DNA from: Gnetum montanum
Lineage: Eukaryota > Plantae > Gnetophyta
NCBI GenBank assembly: GCA_015680685.1
Contig: MNCI01002119.1
Location: 186,001 to 250,000, forward strand
Direction of reading: 5' to 3'
DNA length: 64,000 bases
Position numbers and translations under genes: made by a program. Positions 13,501 to 25,596 of the stretch are shown one piece after another. How positions within the stretch are numbered: the stretch's first letter is position 1; each line of letters begins with the position of its first letter. Under the pieces are notes generated by a model. The model searched no databases, was not told where the DNA came from, and saw only the letters and a list, made by a program, of their open reading frames with translations.

Positions 13501-16089
13501 AGCACACACACATACTCACATTAACTACTGAGTCTATTTAGAGGTATCTGGGCCTTGGTGTTGCCAAAGACCAGCAGGCACCTAAATCCTGTTTGAGGAC
13601 ACTCGTTGGCGATCGCATCCCAAACGGTCGTCAACAGGTATACATGTAGACCCTCAGAAGGTTAAAGCTATCACCAACTTAGCACCACTAGAAAACCTTA
13701 AGGAGCTACATAGGTTACAAGGTAGATTGCAATTAATTTGTACATTTATCACAAGGTTGACTGATAAGTTACACCCAATGCAACATTTTCTCAAAAAGGG
13801 GATCCACTTTGAGTGGACAACTCAATTCCAAGAGGCATTTGACAACCTCAAAAAGGATTTGGCTCAACTTTCAACGATCTACCTTCCACAAGGAGATAAA
13901 TCATTTTACATTTACCTTGCAACCTCAAATGTTTCCATTGCTTCTCTGCTTTTCCAAAAGTGAGATGATGGCTCAAAGGTCCCTATTTACTACCTAAGCC
14001 ATGCACTAGTGGCCCACAAGGAAAAATGAAATGATGTGAAGAAGAACTACCTTGCCTTAGTCTTTGCACTTAAAAAGTGAAGACATTATCCTTTCTGTAG
14101 CAAGGTTAACATTATCTACAAAAGCAATGTACTTGGGGCAATTACCACAAACATTTTCCAAAGTAGTTGAATTGCATGGTGGAAAGTAATAACCATAGAT
14201 TTTGACCTTCACTACATAGCCCAAGCATCCACAAAGGTCAAGCAATAGCCACATAACTCACAACGTCACCAATAGATGATCAAGTGATAATAGATTTAAA
14301 ATTTCTATATGAGCATGTAAATAGCGTAAGCCAAGTGTCTACAAACTTTGAGGTAGTTTTACACTTCAATGGTGCTTTAACCTCACAAGGAGGTAGTGCC
14401 ACTACCATCATCACATTTCCCTCTGGGGAGATCCAACCCTTCACATATCACTTTTCATTCCCTTCCACCAATAAGATAGTGGAGTATGAAGGTCTTCTTA
14501 CAGGTATCTTAGTAGCCCATGATTTAGGAATCGAAAACATAGCAATTCAAGATGATTCACAACTTATTGTCAACCAAATTACAAAGGTTCACACTTGCAA
14601 GTCACAACGTTTAGAACCTTACTGTGACTTGGCAAAACACTTGCTCAAGCAATTTACAATCATAAATATCCAACATATTCCCCATAACGAGAATGTCATT
14701 GTTGATGCACTAGCCACCGTAGCCTTAAGCGTAGCACCTGACATGTTTTCTACCTTACCCACTTCGATAATGGATTACACCAAACCTTTTACTCAAATAA
14801 AAAGCATTGCATCCATAGCCATGAAAAGCATAGCTCACATATAGTAGTGGCATGATGACATTAAGATGTACCTCTAATAGGGTGAGCCTTCACAGCACCT
14901 AACCACCACCAAAAAAGATGAAGTGTGAAAATGATCATGGTTGTATGTCCTTGTAGGTGATAGCACTTTATGTTATAGCTCCTATGATGGAATACTGCTA
15001 AACTATGTTAGCTGTATCAAAGCACAAACAATCATTGATCAAGTCCATGAGGGACTATGTGGAGGTAACATAGCACCTAGGGCAATGGTAGCAAAAATTA
15101 GACACTTAGGCTACTATTGGCCTTACATGAAGCACAATTGTATTTCTAAGGTCAAGATGTGTGATGTGTGTTAGTAACATGATAGCTTGATGCACGTGCC
15201 ACCGACTAAACTACATACCACATAGATCACATGGTCATTCCAATGTTAGGGGTTGGACATCATAGGACCTATCATGCCGAAGTCTTCTATAGGACATAGC
15301 TTCATCATAACTGCAACTGAATACTTTACCAAGTGGGTTGAAGCCATTCCAATTAGGAAGGTGACATCACAACAGGTTTGCAAATTTATTCTTGACAACA
15401 TAGTGACCCGATTTGGTCTACCCATGACTATAGTCATAGACAATGAGCCATAATTTAGTAGTGTAGAAACCAAAGCCTTCTATGAACACCTTGGCATCAA
15501 ACATTCTTTTTCATCAACATACTACCAATAGGTGAATGGCCAAGTCGAGGCTACAAAAAAAGTCATTTTGAACCTTTTAAAGAATATTCTTAGCAACATC
15601 AAACGATGATGGCATGAACAACTAGTCTATGTGCTATGAACCTATCACACAACATGCAGAACAACAACTGGTAAGACATCATATAGCCTTGTGTATGAAT
15701 CTGAAGTAATGTTGGCTCTTTAATTATAGGTTCCATCACTCTACATAATCCTCTCAAGCTTCATTGATGAGGTTTAGAACAACAAGTTGAGAACTATTGA
15801 CCACAACTCTATAGATGAGGAGTGCATGCAAACACTTGATCACATCAAGTGGTACTAGGAAAAGCAATAGCAAAAGAACCATCATAATTAGCATCAACAC
15901 CTAATCAAGAAAGGGGACCTAGTTTTCAAGGTCATTTGTGAACCTGTAGATAAATTCTCAACCAACTAGGAAGGGACTTTCTTAGTCATAAATGCCTATG
16001 ACAGCGGAGCATCCAAGTTTTCTAATTTAAATCGCAATAAGTTTGTCAACCTAATCAATAATTTGCACCTCAAACCCTACTATGCTTGA
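10589..16089 (+). pseudogene. pol: E1 pol: RT-RNaseH-aRH-integrase, interrupted by a solo LTR
   Basis: LKNVGATYQ..NDYIDDIAVKS (RT); FYIYLATS (RH); LHFNGA..EYEGLL..DSQLIVNQ..DALA (aRH, 14284-14844); HEGLCGG..CDVC and GLDIIGP..EYFTKWVEA (INT). Confidence 0.95.
11608..13636 (+). mobile_element. Solo LTR (2029 bp) of a different family inserted in E1 RT
   Basis: TGTTG...CAACA termini; TSD GGTAT at 11603-11607 and 13637-13641; removing it restores VSEVGI-HVDPQKVKAI; no PBS or internal region; strand tentative. Confidence 0.9.
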
Positions 16090-16119
16090 TACATAGCATT
16101 AGCATAAAAAGGTAAGAAA

Positions 16120-16428
16120 ATGTTTGCTATGATATTAAACTAGCATAGAACATCTGCTACAATGTTAAACTAGCACAGAACATCTACTGCGACATTAAAC
16201 TAGCACAAAATTTCCTTGGGCTATGACATTAAATTGGCACTCATAGCATGATCTTCTATGACCTTAAACTAGCAATCCACCATCCACTACAACATTAAAC
16301 TAGCACAATAGTTTTCTAGGACTATAAACTAGCACATCATAGTCTACTAAGACCTTAAACTAGGTCCATAGTCTACTAGGAACTTAAACTAGCACAATAT
16401 GTAGTCTACCAAGACATAAAACTAGGTT
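16120..16428 (+). repeat. E1 3'-UTR tandem array, ~30-bp units with core TCTRCTAYGACMTTAAACTAGCA
   Basis: About 10 units directly after the INT stop codon. Confidence 0.9.
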
Positions 16429-17959
16429 GACAGAACAACATCCATAGTTCAACTCACATAGGTCTATAGACAAGTGAGAACAAATACTTCCAATCCTCTG
16501 TCACTTGCCCACACCTCTTGGAGAAGGTGGGGTGGGGCATTATAGTTCCAAAATGAAGTTCATGTCATCAACAAAAAACCCTCTAGGACATTTGCAGTGT
16601 GACCATCCTTGGCATCTTACTAATCTTCTGTAGATGCCTTTAGGAATCTCTCTAACCTTCTAGAGCTTACACCACCACCACCACCAATCATCTTGATCAG
16701 AGCTCTCACTGTTAGCATCACTCGCAAGAGAACTAGCAGTATTGTGGCCTAGCCACAACATTGACATCCTCTAGCCCTCACCATTACCTAGGTTGGCAAA
16801 AGCATCCAGAAGGTTAGCTCCCTACTGATTTGCTAGATTTTCTATCCCCTATCCTTGGTAAGGACTCCTGAGCACTTGCATCACCAATGCCTTCAACCAC
16901 TTGGGTGCTCACTTTTGGTGTGGCTACTAGAGCTTTTGCATCCTACTGCCATCAGTGCTCACATTGGTCTTCTTTCTTTGGACACTACATGCACCTACAA
17001 CTAACACAACATTCATGACCCTTGTAGTGCCCTTGCAAATAGGAGTTCCCTCTCATCTCACATGTTGTGGTTGTTTTTGTTGTTTTCTTTGTGTTGTTTT
17101 TGCAGGATGAAGCCTCGGGACAATTGTTCAAAGGTGCATTTCACTATGGTGGAAAGTCATTGCACTGCCCTAATGTATCCATTTTGACTTGCCAAGCTAC
17201 TCAAGAGTACACATCCCTATTATCCCGCCATAGCCTATTCACATTTACCCCTTTACCTTTCATTTCTCCACATTTCTTACAAGCTTCTCCAATGCACATG
17301 GTACATTTCTTTCAATCAATCACAACACCCATGATGGACATAATGCAACTTGTCCCATGGAGAGTCTTTTTGGGCTGGTCAAAGCCCAAGAGAATGTAAT
17401 GCAACTCATCTTATGGAGGAAACACTTTTCCTACAGATGCGACATGATTGCCTCTAAACAAATTTTGTTGAGTAGCATGTAGTCTACCTGGCAATAAACA
17501 TCTTCTAGTTTCAAAAAAAAAATCAAAAGAAAAGATAGAAAAAGGAAAAATGGGACAAAAGAAGTGCCCAAGAAAAAATAACAACATTGTCATTTTGTAG
17601 CCAGTCTAACCTCAAATCGACCATCTCACAATCACTTTATTGAGAAGTTAAAATTTCAAGGGTAGGCCATCTCTGTGTGTTGACTCCCTCACAAACACAA
17701 CAATGAGGGACCATGATTTGATAACAAGCCACCATGGTGTTTCATCTTGTAGTTGCATGTAGAATGAGCATCCTTTCCACTTACTATCCCTTGGTTTTTC
17801 TCCTTAACCTACTTCCTACCATACTTTATTCCCTTAGCACTCCCAAGCATAGTGAAGCATTATCTAATTGGGCACTGATGAGTAGTGTTGGTGTCATGTT
17901 TACCATGGTGTTTTGTATTCTTTGTCGATGTCTCTTGGGAAACTCCTCCAAACACCAAC

Positions 17960-17972
17960 AAAGAGGGGCCAA
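17960..17972 (+). promoter_or_regulatory. E1 polypurine tract
   Basis: AAAGAGGGGCCAA immediately before the 3' LTR TG; same tract in E2, E3 and E4. Confidence 0.85.
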
Positions 17973-19339
17973 TGAAGCACCACCAATTTCGTGCTTCAGC
18001 ACTTTAACAACAAATTTTTCTAAGTGTTAAAACTTGTTAAATTTTTTTTAAGTGTTATTACTACATTCCCCAGCATAGCTAGCGTAGCATGCATCATCGC
18101 CTATTTTGCAAAATTTTCTAAGTGTTAACAGTAGTTGCATGAAAATTTTTCTAAGTGTCATGCCATGCTCTCACTCTACCTACTATGCTCTAGAGCATAG
18201 CTATCATAGCACACACTTCCATGGTTAGTTTGCCCAAGTTCCAAGCTAGAAGTTATTAGGATTGCATAGGACGGAAAAAATGGTTCGGAAAATTTTCCAT
18301 TTCCTAGGTTGCTACGCTCCCCAATGTAGCAAGCATAGCACAATTTTCAGTGGCCAATTTTGCCTAAGTGTTGGGAAAGAAGTTGTCAAGCTATCTTAGC
18401 ATGGAATATACATTTCGAAAATTTTCTAACTCTCAAGGCTACCTCTCCTACTATTCCCTAGAGCATAGCTAGCGTACCATGAAGAAAGATTGCAGATTTT
18501 ATTAAGTCTTTCTAAGTATCCCTACTACGCTTTGCTATGCTCTAGAGTGTATCTAGCGTAACTAGTATTAGACATTAAAATTTTGAAAAATTTGACTAAG
18601 TGTTTTATTATGCTCTATACCATAGCTAGCATGACATCGAAGAAAAGCCTCTAACAGCCTCCAAAAGCCTCTAGAACGTAGCATCATCCTTTTTCTCGAA
18701 TTTGATATTCCTCTAGCAAGAAAGATCAAGAATTTTCATCTCGTTTACATCCTCATTGGTCCCCAAAACTATTCTTATGCTTGACCATACTTGAAAAAGG
18801 GGAAGACGTAGTCTTAGAGTGTAGCCTCCAAGTTGCATTGTTTGTAGGTACTTTGTGTTCATTCAAACTTTTGCATATGTAGTCTTGGTAGTGTAGTCAC
18901 AATTTAACCATCTTTAGGGACCCATTGCAATACTCTAAAGCATAGCACTTTGTTATTCCCATGGAAGTGTAACAAAGGTTAGCATAGCCCCACCTATCCT
19001 CATGCCATGTGGCATCCAATCTGCATCTTGTGCCATGTGGCACCTAATCTACATTTTGTGCTAACCCTAGCCCTATAAATACCCCTACATTCAACATTCT
19101 GGGGGTGGGAAAATCAAAAGAGCATTGGTCATTTTAGCATTCTGACCATTTCTAGCACTTTCACACCTCAGCACTTGAGAACACCTAGAACTTTGGTGCA
19201 TTCCTAGACCCTATCGAACAATTGGTGAATACTGTCTAGAACACAGTTCACCACTATACTCATAGAACATAGTAATAACTAGCCTAGTAGGTTTAGTCCC
19301 CCATAGTAGCCATTAGTTCCACATGTCAAACATCCCAAA
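17973..19339 (+). repeat. E1 3' LTR, left part (split by E2)
   Basis: Colinear with 177-~1480; TATA CCCTATAAATACCC at ~19071. Confidence 0.93.
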
Positions 19340-20981
19340 TGAAACACCATAAAATTTTGAGACCCTCTTGCTTCACTAGGGTCGTGGAATTTAGGAAAGG
19401 GTTTCAACAAGCACAATGTCATGATCATTGCATAGGACAATGTAAACACCAAAGATAGACTATGCAGTCCAACAAGTTTTCTACTTCTAGGATTAGCAAG
19501 CCCAATGGACTCTCTGGCCTACCCACCCAGGTAATTCACCCAGCTATCAGTCTAACTAGAAACTATGCTAGGAGTTGTCAACGGTGCTAAGGATGGGCAA
19601 AATAGTTCAACAAGTTTTCTAGTGAAGAAGTCTGCTACGCTACACTATACTGCACAGTGTAGAAAGCCTTCGAAAAATCAATCAAGTGTCTGAATACAAG
19701 TTTTAGCAAGATGTTCATGCAAGACAAAGTCAAAATTTAGTCAACACAGGGTGCTATGCTATGCTATGCTACATAGCGTAGCATAGCATAGCAAGGGCGA
19801 AACATGCAAAGACTCCTTTGAGAAACCATTTCAGCAAAAGGATTACATCTAACAGCATTGTGGATTTAAAACCTAATATTTCTTAGTTAGATCTTGAACC
19901 ACAGGCAAAGTTTTCTCTTGTGATGCCTTGCAACTTTGACAACAATGCATGTTACATTAGCTACTATGCTATGCTATGCTACGTAGCATAGCATAGTGTA
20001 GAAAAAATGAAAATCAATAAAGTGTTCCAAAGGTTAACTCGGTGCATGCCAAGGCTTCCGTCAAATGTTGTTGACTCCAAGGAAAGTTTCCTATTCAAAT
20101 CGGTGGCTATGCTATTCTACACTACATAGTGTAGCACAACATAACAAGAAGCTACCCTACAACGATGTACTACGCTACATAGCGTAGCAAGCAGCTATGT
20201 TACTTCAATGTGCTAGAAATGCATTGTTAACACACTAGATTCCAACATCTCTAGTATCAACAACATGGTCATAGCATAGAAAGTTCATGGTCGGCATTGC
20301 ACATCTACATTGTACGGGCATGTCAACATCTCATGGGGTCCAGGACACATGGCACCTAAACCATGTTTTTCTCCTACTCCTAGTCCTATAAATACCCTGC
20401 AAACAATGCTCAAGGGGTTGGAATTTTTTGGCATTATCACTGTCAAGTTGGCTTTTTTGTTTGGCATTGACAAAGGGCAGTTGGCTTGTTAGCATCTGGC
20501 ACAATTGGCTTGTTGGCATTTTGTGTTGGTTGGCTTTTTGATTGGCTTGCAAGTTTGCATTCAAGAGCATAGTTGGCATATTTTGAGTAGCTTGGTTACT
20601 CTTGAACTCTTTGTGCACCTCCATCATTATATAATTTGTTATACATCCCTCAAATAAAGCAAAGAATCAAACCTGAAACCTTGCGGTGGTGCATTTTCTT
20701 ACCCGAGTTTATTCTATTATCTCTTTATTGTTATCATTGTTTGGCATAATTTCCTTCATTCCTACATTTATTGATTATCGATTTTACCTCACGTATTTCA
20801 CATTCGAAACAAAATTCATGTAAGGTTAAGTTACACTGGTTAAGTCCCTATCTGATCGACCAGACCGTTCAAGGTGCACCACTTTTGTTTTATCCAGCAT
20901 GGCCCTCACACGGATCCAGGGTTAAACTGTTCACTTGACAACCTATCAGTGTTCCAGCCATCGACGTTTTCAATTACTATA
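19340..20981 (+). repeat. E2 5' LTR
   Basis: Colinear with 36319-37960; TATA CCTATAAATACCC near 20385. Confidence 0.95.
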
Positions 20982-20986
20982 GTTTT

Positions 20987-21002
20987 TGGTGCTAGAAGGA
21001 GG
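20987..21002 (+). promoter_or_regulatory. E2 primer binding site, tRNA-Asn type
   Basis: TGGTGCTAGAAGGAGG just after the LTR end. Confidence 0.85.
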
Positions 21003-21225
21003 ATCTTTTGATGCTCATTTTTGTGTCTCATGGGTAGTCCTACATACTCTTTGTACCCTGTCACTCATCAACATGAACGTGAAACCCTTTCGGTTGTTTA
21101 CACATCATGTGCTATAGGCTGGTCGCAACGATACTTCCTTTGGAACCCTATAGGAAGAAAAGCCTCTGATCACCTCTCGATCTCTATTTTTTTCTTTCTT
21201 GTAAACCATTTTCAACCTTGCAAAA

Positions 21226-24200
21226 ATGATTTCCTCTACCACCACTATTGCTACCTCAAATCTTGAGGTTCCTTTTTTGGTTCAGGGCACCACAGGTGTT
21301 GAGCGACCATCGAGCCTAGTGCAAGGGCAATGTTGATCTCTCAGGATCCAAAAATGATCACCTGAGAGCTGAGTACAACATACCAAAATTTACAATTTTC
21401 TCTATCCTAAGGTCTAGGTGAATCTGCCCTTAGATGCCCAAGAACTCAAAATTTGAGTTCCTTTACCACAATGGGAGCGAATTTTTCCCTACTCCCGATG
21501 TAGCCATCCCCTTGACGAAAATGTATCAGTGGATCTTTGATCAGCTGCTACAAGTCAATAGGCCTAGGGAGTGGGACATGCTATCCTATCATAATGAGGC
21601 ATGTTAGGATGGACAAGAGGACCTAGATTCCCAGTCTAAGGGTGGAGCTCAAACTAACTTTGTGACTATCCCTCCCGCCACATCCTTCTGGTTGAACCCA
21701 CTCTTCACAACTGCTCCCTTCATGATTATGTCTACCCCATCACAAACTATAGTTTCATCAGCCACAGGTAGCCATGCCATGCCCTCGGCATATCAACATG
21801 CCTATTCCTCTATCTCATTCCTAGGCACTATCGCTCCATAATCTGTTCCTCAATCCATCCCTTCATCGTACCAAGCACTGATCACAACTACCCTACCTTA
21901 CATGCACACCATACCTACGTCGCAAATGCACATAGTCTCCACTTCCATTCCAGCATCTACACTTACTCCACCATTAGTGGCAAGCCCAGCCCCACCCATG
22001 TGGTGAACCCCATTCACTTCCCCTCTTAATTCACAACCTTCCCAAATGTTGCACTATGCTCACCATTAAGCGTACCAAGTCTCGCAAATGGTACAACCAA
22101 GCACGGGGTTGTGGTCTATCCCACCGATCATGTAAACAACCTACCCATGCCACTACTAGCCACTGCCACCCCAACAGCACCACCCACTAGGTGGTGGACC
22201 GCATAAGCAATACCTATCGCAAGGGCAGCTCCAACGGCCCCTCCTATGACCCAAGCTATTGCCTTTGCTGCACCACAAATGATGGTTGCCTCTGCAACCT
22301 TATAACCATCTATGTTGTCCCTGGGTCTGGACCAAGCATTTCAACTTATCTAGACCCTTACTAAAGAGGTTAGATGCCTCAAAGCTGCCAGTTATGATAT
22401 GGTGTAGATCATGGATTTCTACCATGATGACCCCATCAGCCTGACAGTCCCCATGCTTACATTACCCCCCAAGATGTCACTACCCCACTTTACAAAATAC
22501 AATGGGGAGGGTAACCCCAATGTGCATTTCGTGACATTTAGATCTGAGTCCCTTCTACTATAGCAGTGGCTGCACACCATCATCCACATCTTTGCTATGT
22601 CTCTGATGGGCAAAGAGTTAGACTAGTAGCATGTGCTCCCACACTCTTCTATCTCAACCCTAGAGGAGCTGCTGACTTAGTTCGTAACTCATTTCAAGTA
22701 TAACTTGAAACTAGAGGTTATGCTAGATCAGTTAACAGGGGTCATGCAAGACCCACTAGAGTTAGTACAGAGGTTTATACAGTAGTGGAGAACCACCTTA
22801 AATGAGATCTGTGAGCCTATTGTGGAGGCCCACTTTCTGGCCATCTTCAAGGGGGTGGTGAATGATTTCATCAAATCCAAGGTGTATTACCTAGTCCCAC
22901 ACTCTCTAAGTCAAGATTTTACATAGAATAAAAGTATCCAATACATAGCCAAAGCTAGCAAAGACCTGGCCTATGTTGCATATAAAAACACACATACTTA
23001 GAAGGACAAAGAGAAGGGCAAGGCTACAATAGCCACAGTGGTCACTGTGGCAAAGGAGGGAAAGCCCAACAACAAAAATAATAACAAAGCAGCTGTAACA
23101 CCAGCTAACCCTACACCTACACCAGGTGATGTTGCTCAACCCTCCACATTGGCACCCAAAACATCCACCCTGCCTAAGACCAACTTCAAGCGTAAAGATC
23201 GCTCCAAGTACACCCTGCTACCATTTAAGCCTTCAGAACTTCTGAAGTAATTTCTAGGGGTAGGGTACATTCAACATAAGTGAATGTCTGAGGAGGCAAC
23301 CAAAAGGCACCAACAATACTGCGAACTCCTTAGGAACCCCTCTTTGGATTTTCCCAATGAGCCCCCTATTCCTAAGAATTTTAGGCTGGAATGGTTCTGT
23401 GACTACCACCAACTTTGTGGTCACGAAAAAAATTACTATTTAGCATTAAAGGATGACATTCAATGAATGATTGATCAAGGAAAGTTGGTTCTAGATGAAA
23501 GTAACCTCATGCTCCCTTAGAATCAATCTATGCACATTTACACAGACCCACTTAATGTCAACAATGCCAGTTACATCATAAACACTATTGGCATACACAA
23601 TAATCTCGAACCACCTCAGCAACCATTTGTGGTTCGTGTGCCTGAGTGTAGTGCACCCACACCAACAGTGGCTAAAAAAACACCACAACAACCATTTTTC
23701 TTAAGCGTCCCTTCTCAGACATCCACCCCTGCAGCTTCTGTAAACAAGACCACATCACCACCTACACTAATTCCACAAACACCATTCATCATTAGGGGGC
23801 CAAACCACTTAACTTCCCTCACCCCGCATAAGATGGCACTGCAGCCTTCTCGTCCAAGGAAATGAGAAGAGCATTCGACAGGTGAAGCGGCAATGTAACG
23901 TAGTGCCCCAGGTCCTTCCAAGCCTACTCCTTCACCCTTTGCATCTACGATCACCTCATCACCAAAAGTTAACACTGCTACGTGTGTGCGGTCATTGTCA
24001 CGTCAACTGAAAGAGTTTGACCCCAAACACAAAGCTGTTCTCCATTGGGAAATTTGTCTCCCAAGATGAATGGAAGAGGGGAAGGGCAATAAACAATAGG
24101 AAGGTGTACAAGACCTTTTAAGCACTCTTACTCAAGTCAAGTAGACTCTAAAACAAAAGAACATAACATTGAGCCTGTACGACTTGATAATGACTTCCAT

Positions 24201-25025
24201 CGCACACTGTGAGGCTCTGGTTTGCATGTTAATGGCAATACCAGTTGACAAAAATATGCCAGCAGAGGAGAAAGCAATCCATTCGATTATGCTTCCTTCT
24301 ACACCTAAAGAACTACAGCAATCCCAATTGACATTCTATGACGATTCCATTAGGGAAGACCTTGAAAAAGGTTAGGTGTTAATAGCACCCCTATTCATCA
24401 CAATTCAAGTCAGTCAACATAAGATCCGAAGAGTACACATTGATGACAGGGCTTCTACGAATGTTATCCCATTCCCCATCATGGATAAAATGGGTTTGGT
24501 AGACCAAATCAAACCCATGATAATGTCATGTTTGAAGTCATTCAATGGGGCATGGGTTGTGGGGAAAGGCAATGTCCACATTGACTTTGTGGAAGGGGAC
24601 CAGTTTCCCACAAATGCAATGTTTGTCATGGTGGAAGAGATGCCTAGGTTTAATCTAATCTTGGGGAGGTCATGGTTAGCAAAACTTAGGGTCATCTCTT
24701 CACCCATATGTCAAGAAATCCATCTACCCTACGTAGGCTAGGAGGTGGTGATCCACGATGATGAGGTGGTAACCCAAGTAATAAATAACGTAGATATGGA
24801 GTAGGGTTCGGAAGTCATAACCTCTGAGAATAAGGCAGTTGTGTCCATCAACACTAATTATTTGACGAAAGACCTAGCCCAGCATGCTAGCTCAAAAAAT
24901 GAAATTGCGTGGGCTGATTTTCCTTTTCAAGTGGAAGACGATGATGTAAAAGAATGCCGCAATAAAGCCTCTCAGCCTTACATGTCACCAAATCCACAAT
25001 GGTTCAGAAAGTAGTTACGAGGATG
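21226..25025 (+). pseudogene. gag: E2 gag-protease
   Basis: HFTKYNGEGNPNVHF; FCDYHQLCGHE knuckle; IRRVHIDDRASTNVIP..FNLILGRSWL. Confidence 0.9.
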
Positions 25026-25180
25026 ATTGTTACTTGTATAGCATAGCAACTCCACTACTTCCTACCTACTTAACGTCTATTATACATTTATTTATTGATT
25101 GCTTCACATTCATTCATCTACGTCAAGTGCCTAACTTTTTTTTTCTTTAATCATTCACATATCCTCCATTTACATCGTCC

Positions 25181-25435
25181 CATGGCCCGAAATGGCCTAA
25201 AACTACACATGGCCTGATAATGCCTAAAACTTGCAAAACCTTCTGTTTGCGTGTTTCACGGCCCACTAAGGCCTAAAACTAGCAAAATTCCTTACCCTGC
25301 ATCTCCAATGGCCCAAAATGGCCTAAAATTAGTGATGGCCCATAATGGCCTTAAACTACCATTATGGCCTGATAAGGCCTAAAACTCGCAAAATTTTTTT
25401 TACCATTACACCATGGCCTGATAAGGCCTAAAATT
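25181..25435 (+). repeat. Short tandem array ATGGCCYRAAATGGCCTAAAACT
   Basis: About 6 units between the gag-PR 3' end and the antisense gene 3' end. Confidence 0.8.
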
Positions 25436-25596
25436 TTTTCATCTCCAATGGTGAAAAAAGATAAAAATGAATAACATACGTAGCACACAAGCCAGAATAA
25501 AATGAATCTTGTTGTAATTCATCTTCCATTTAGAGTCTTACCCAAATAATTTTTACAATATTCTTTCAAAAAAAATACAAATGAGATCTCTTGCTG

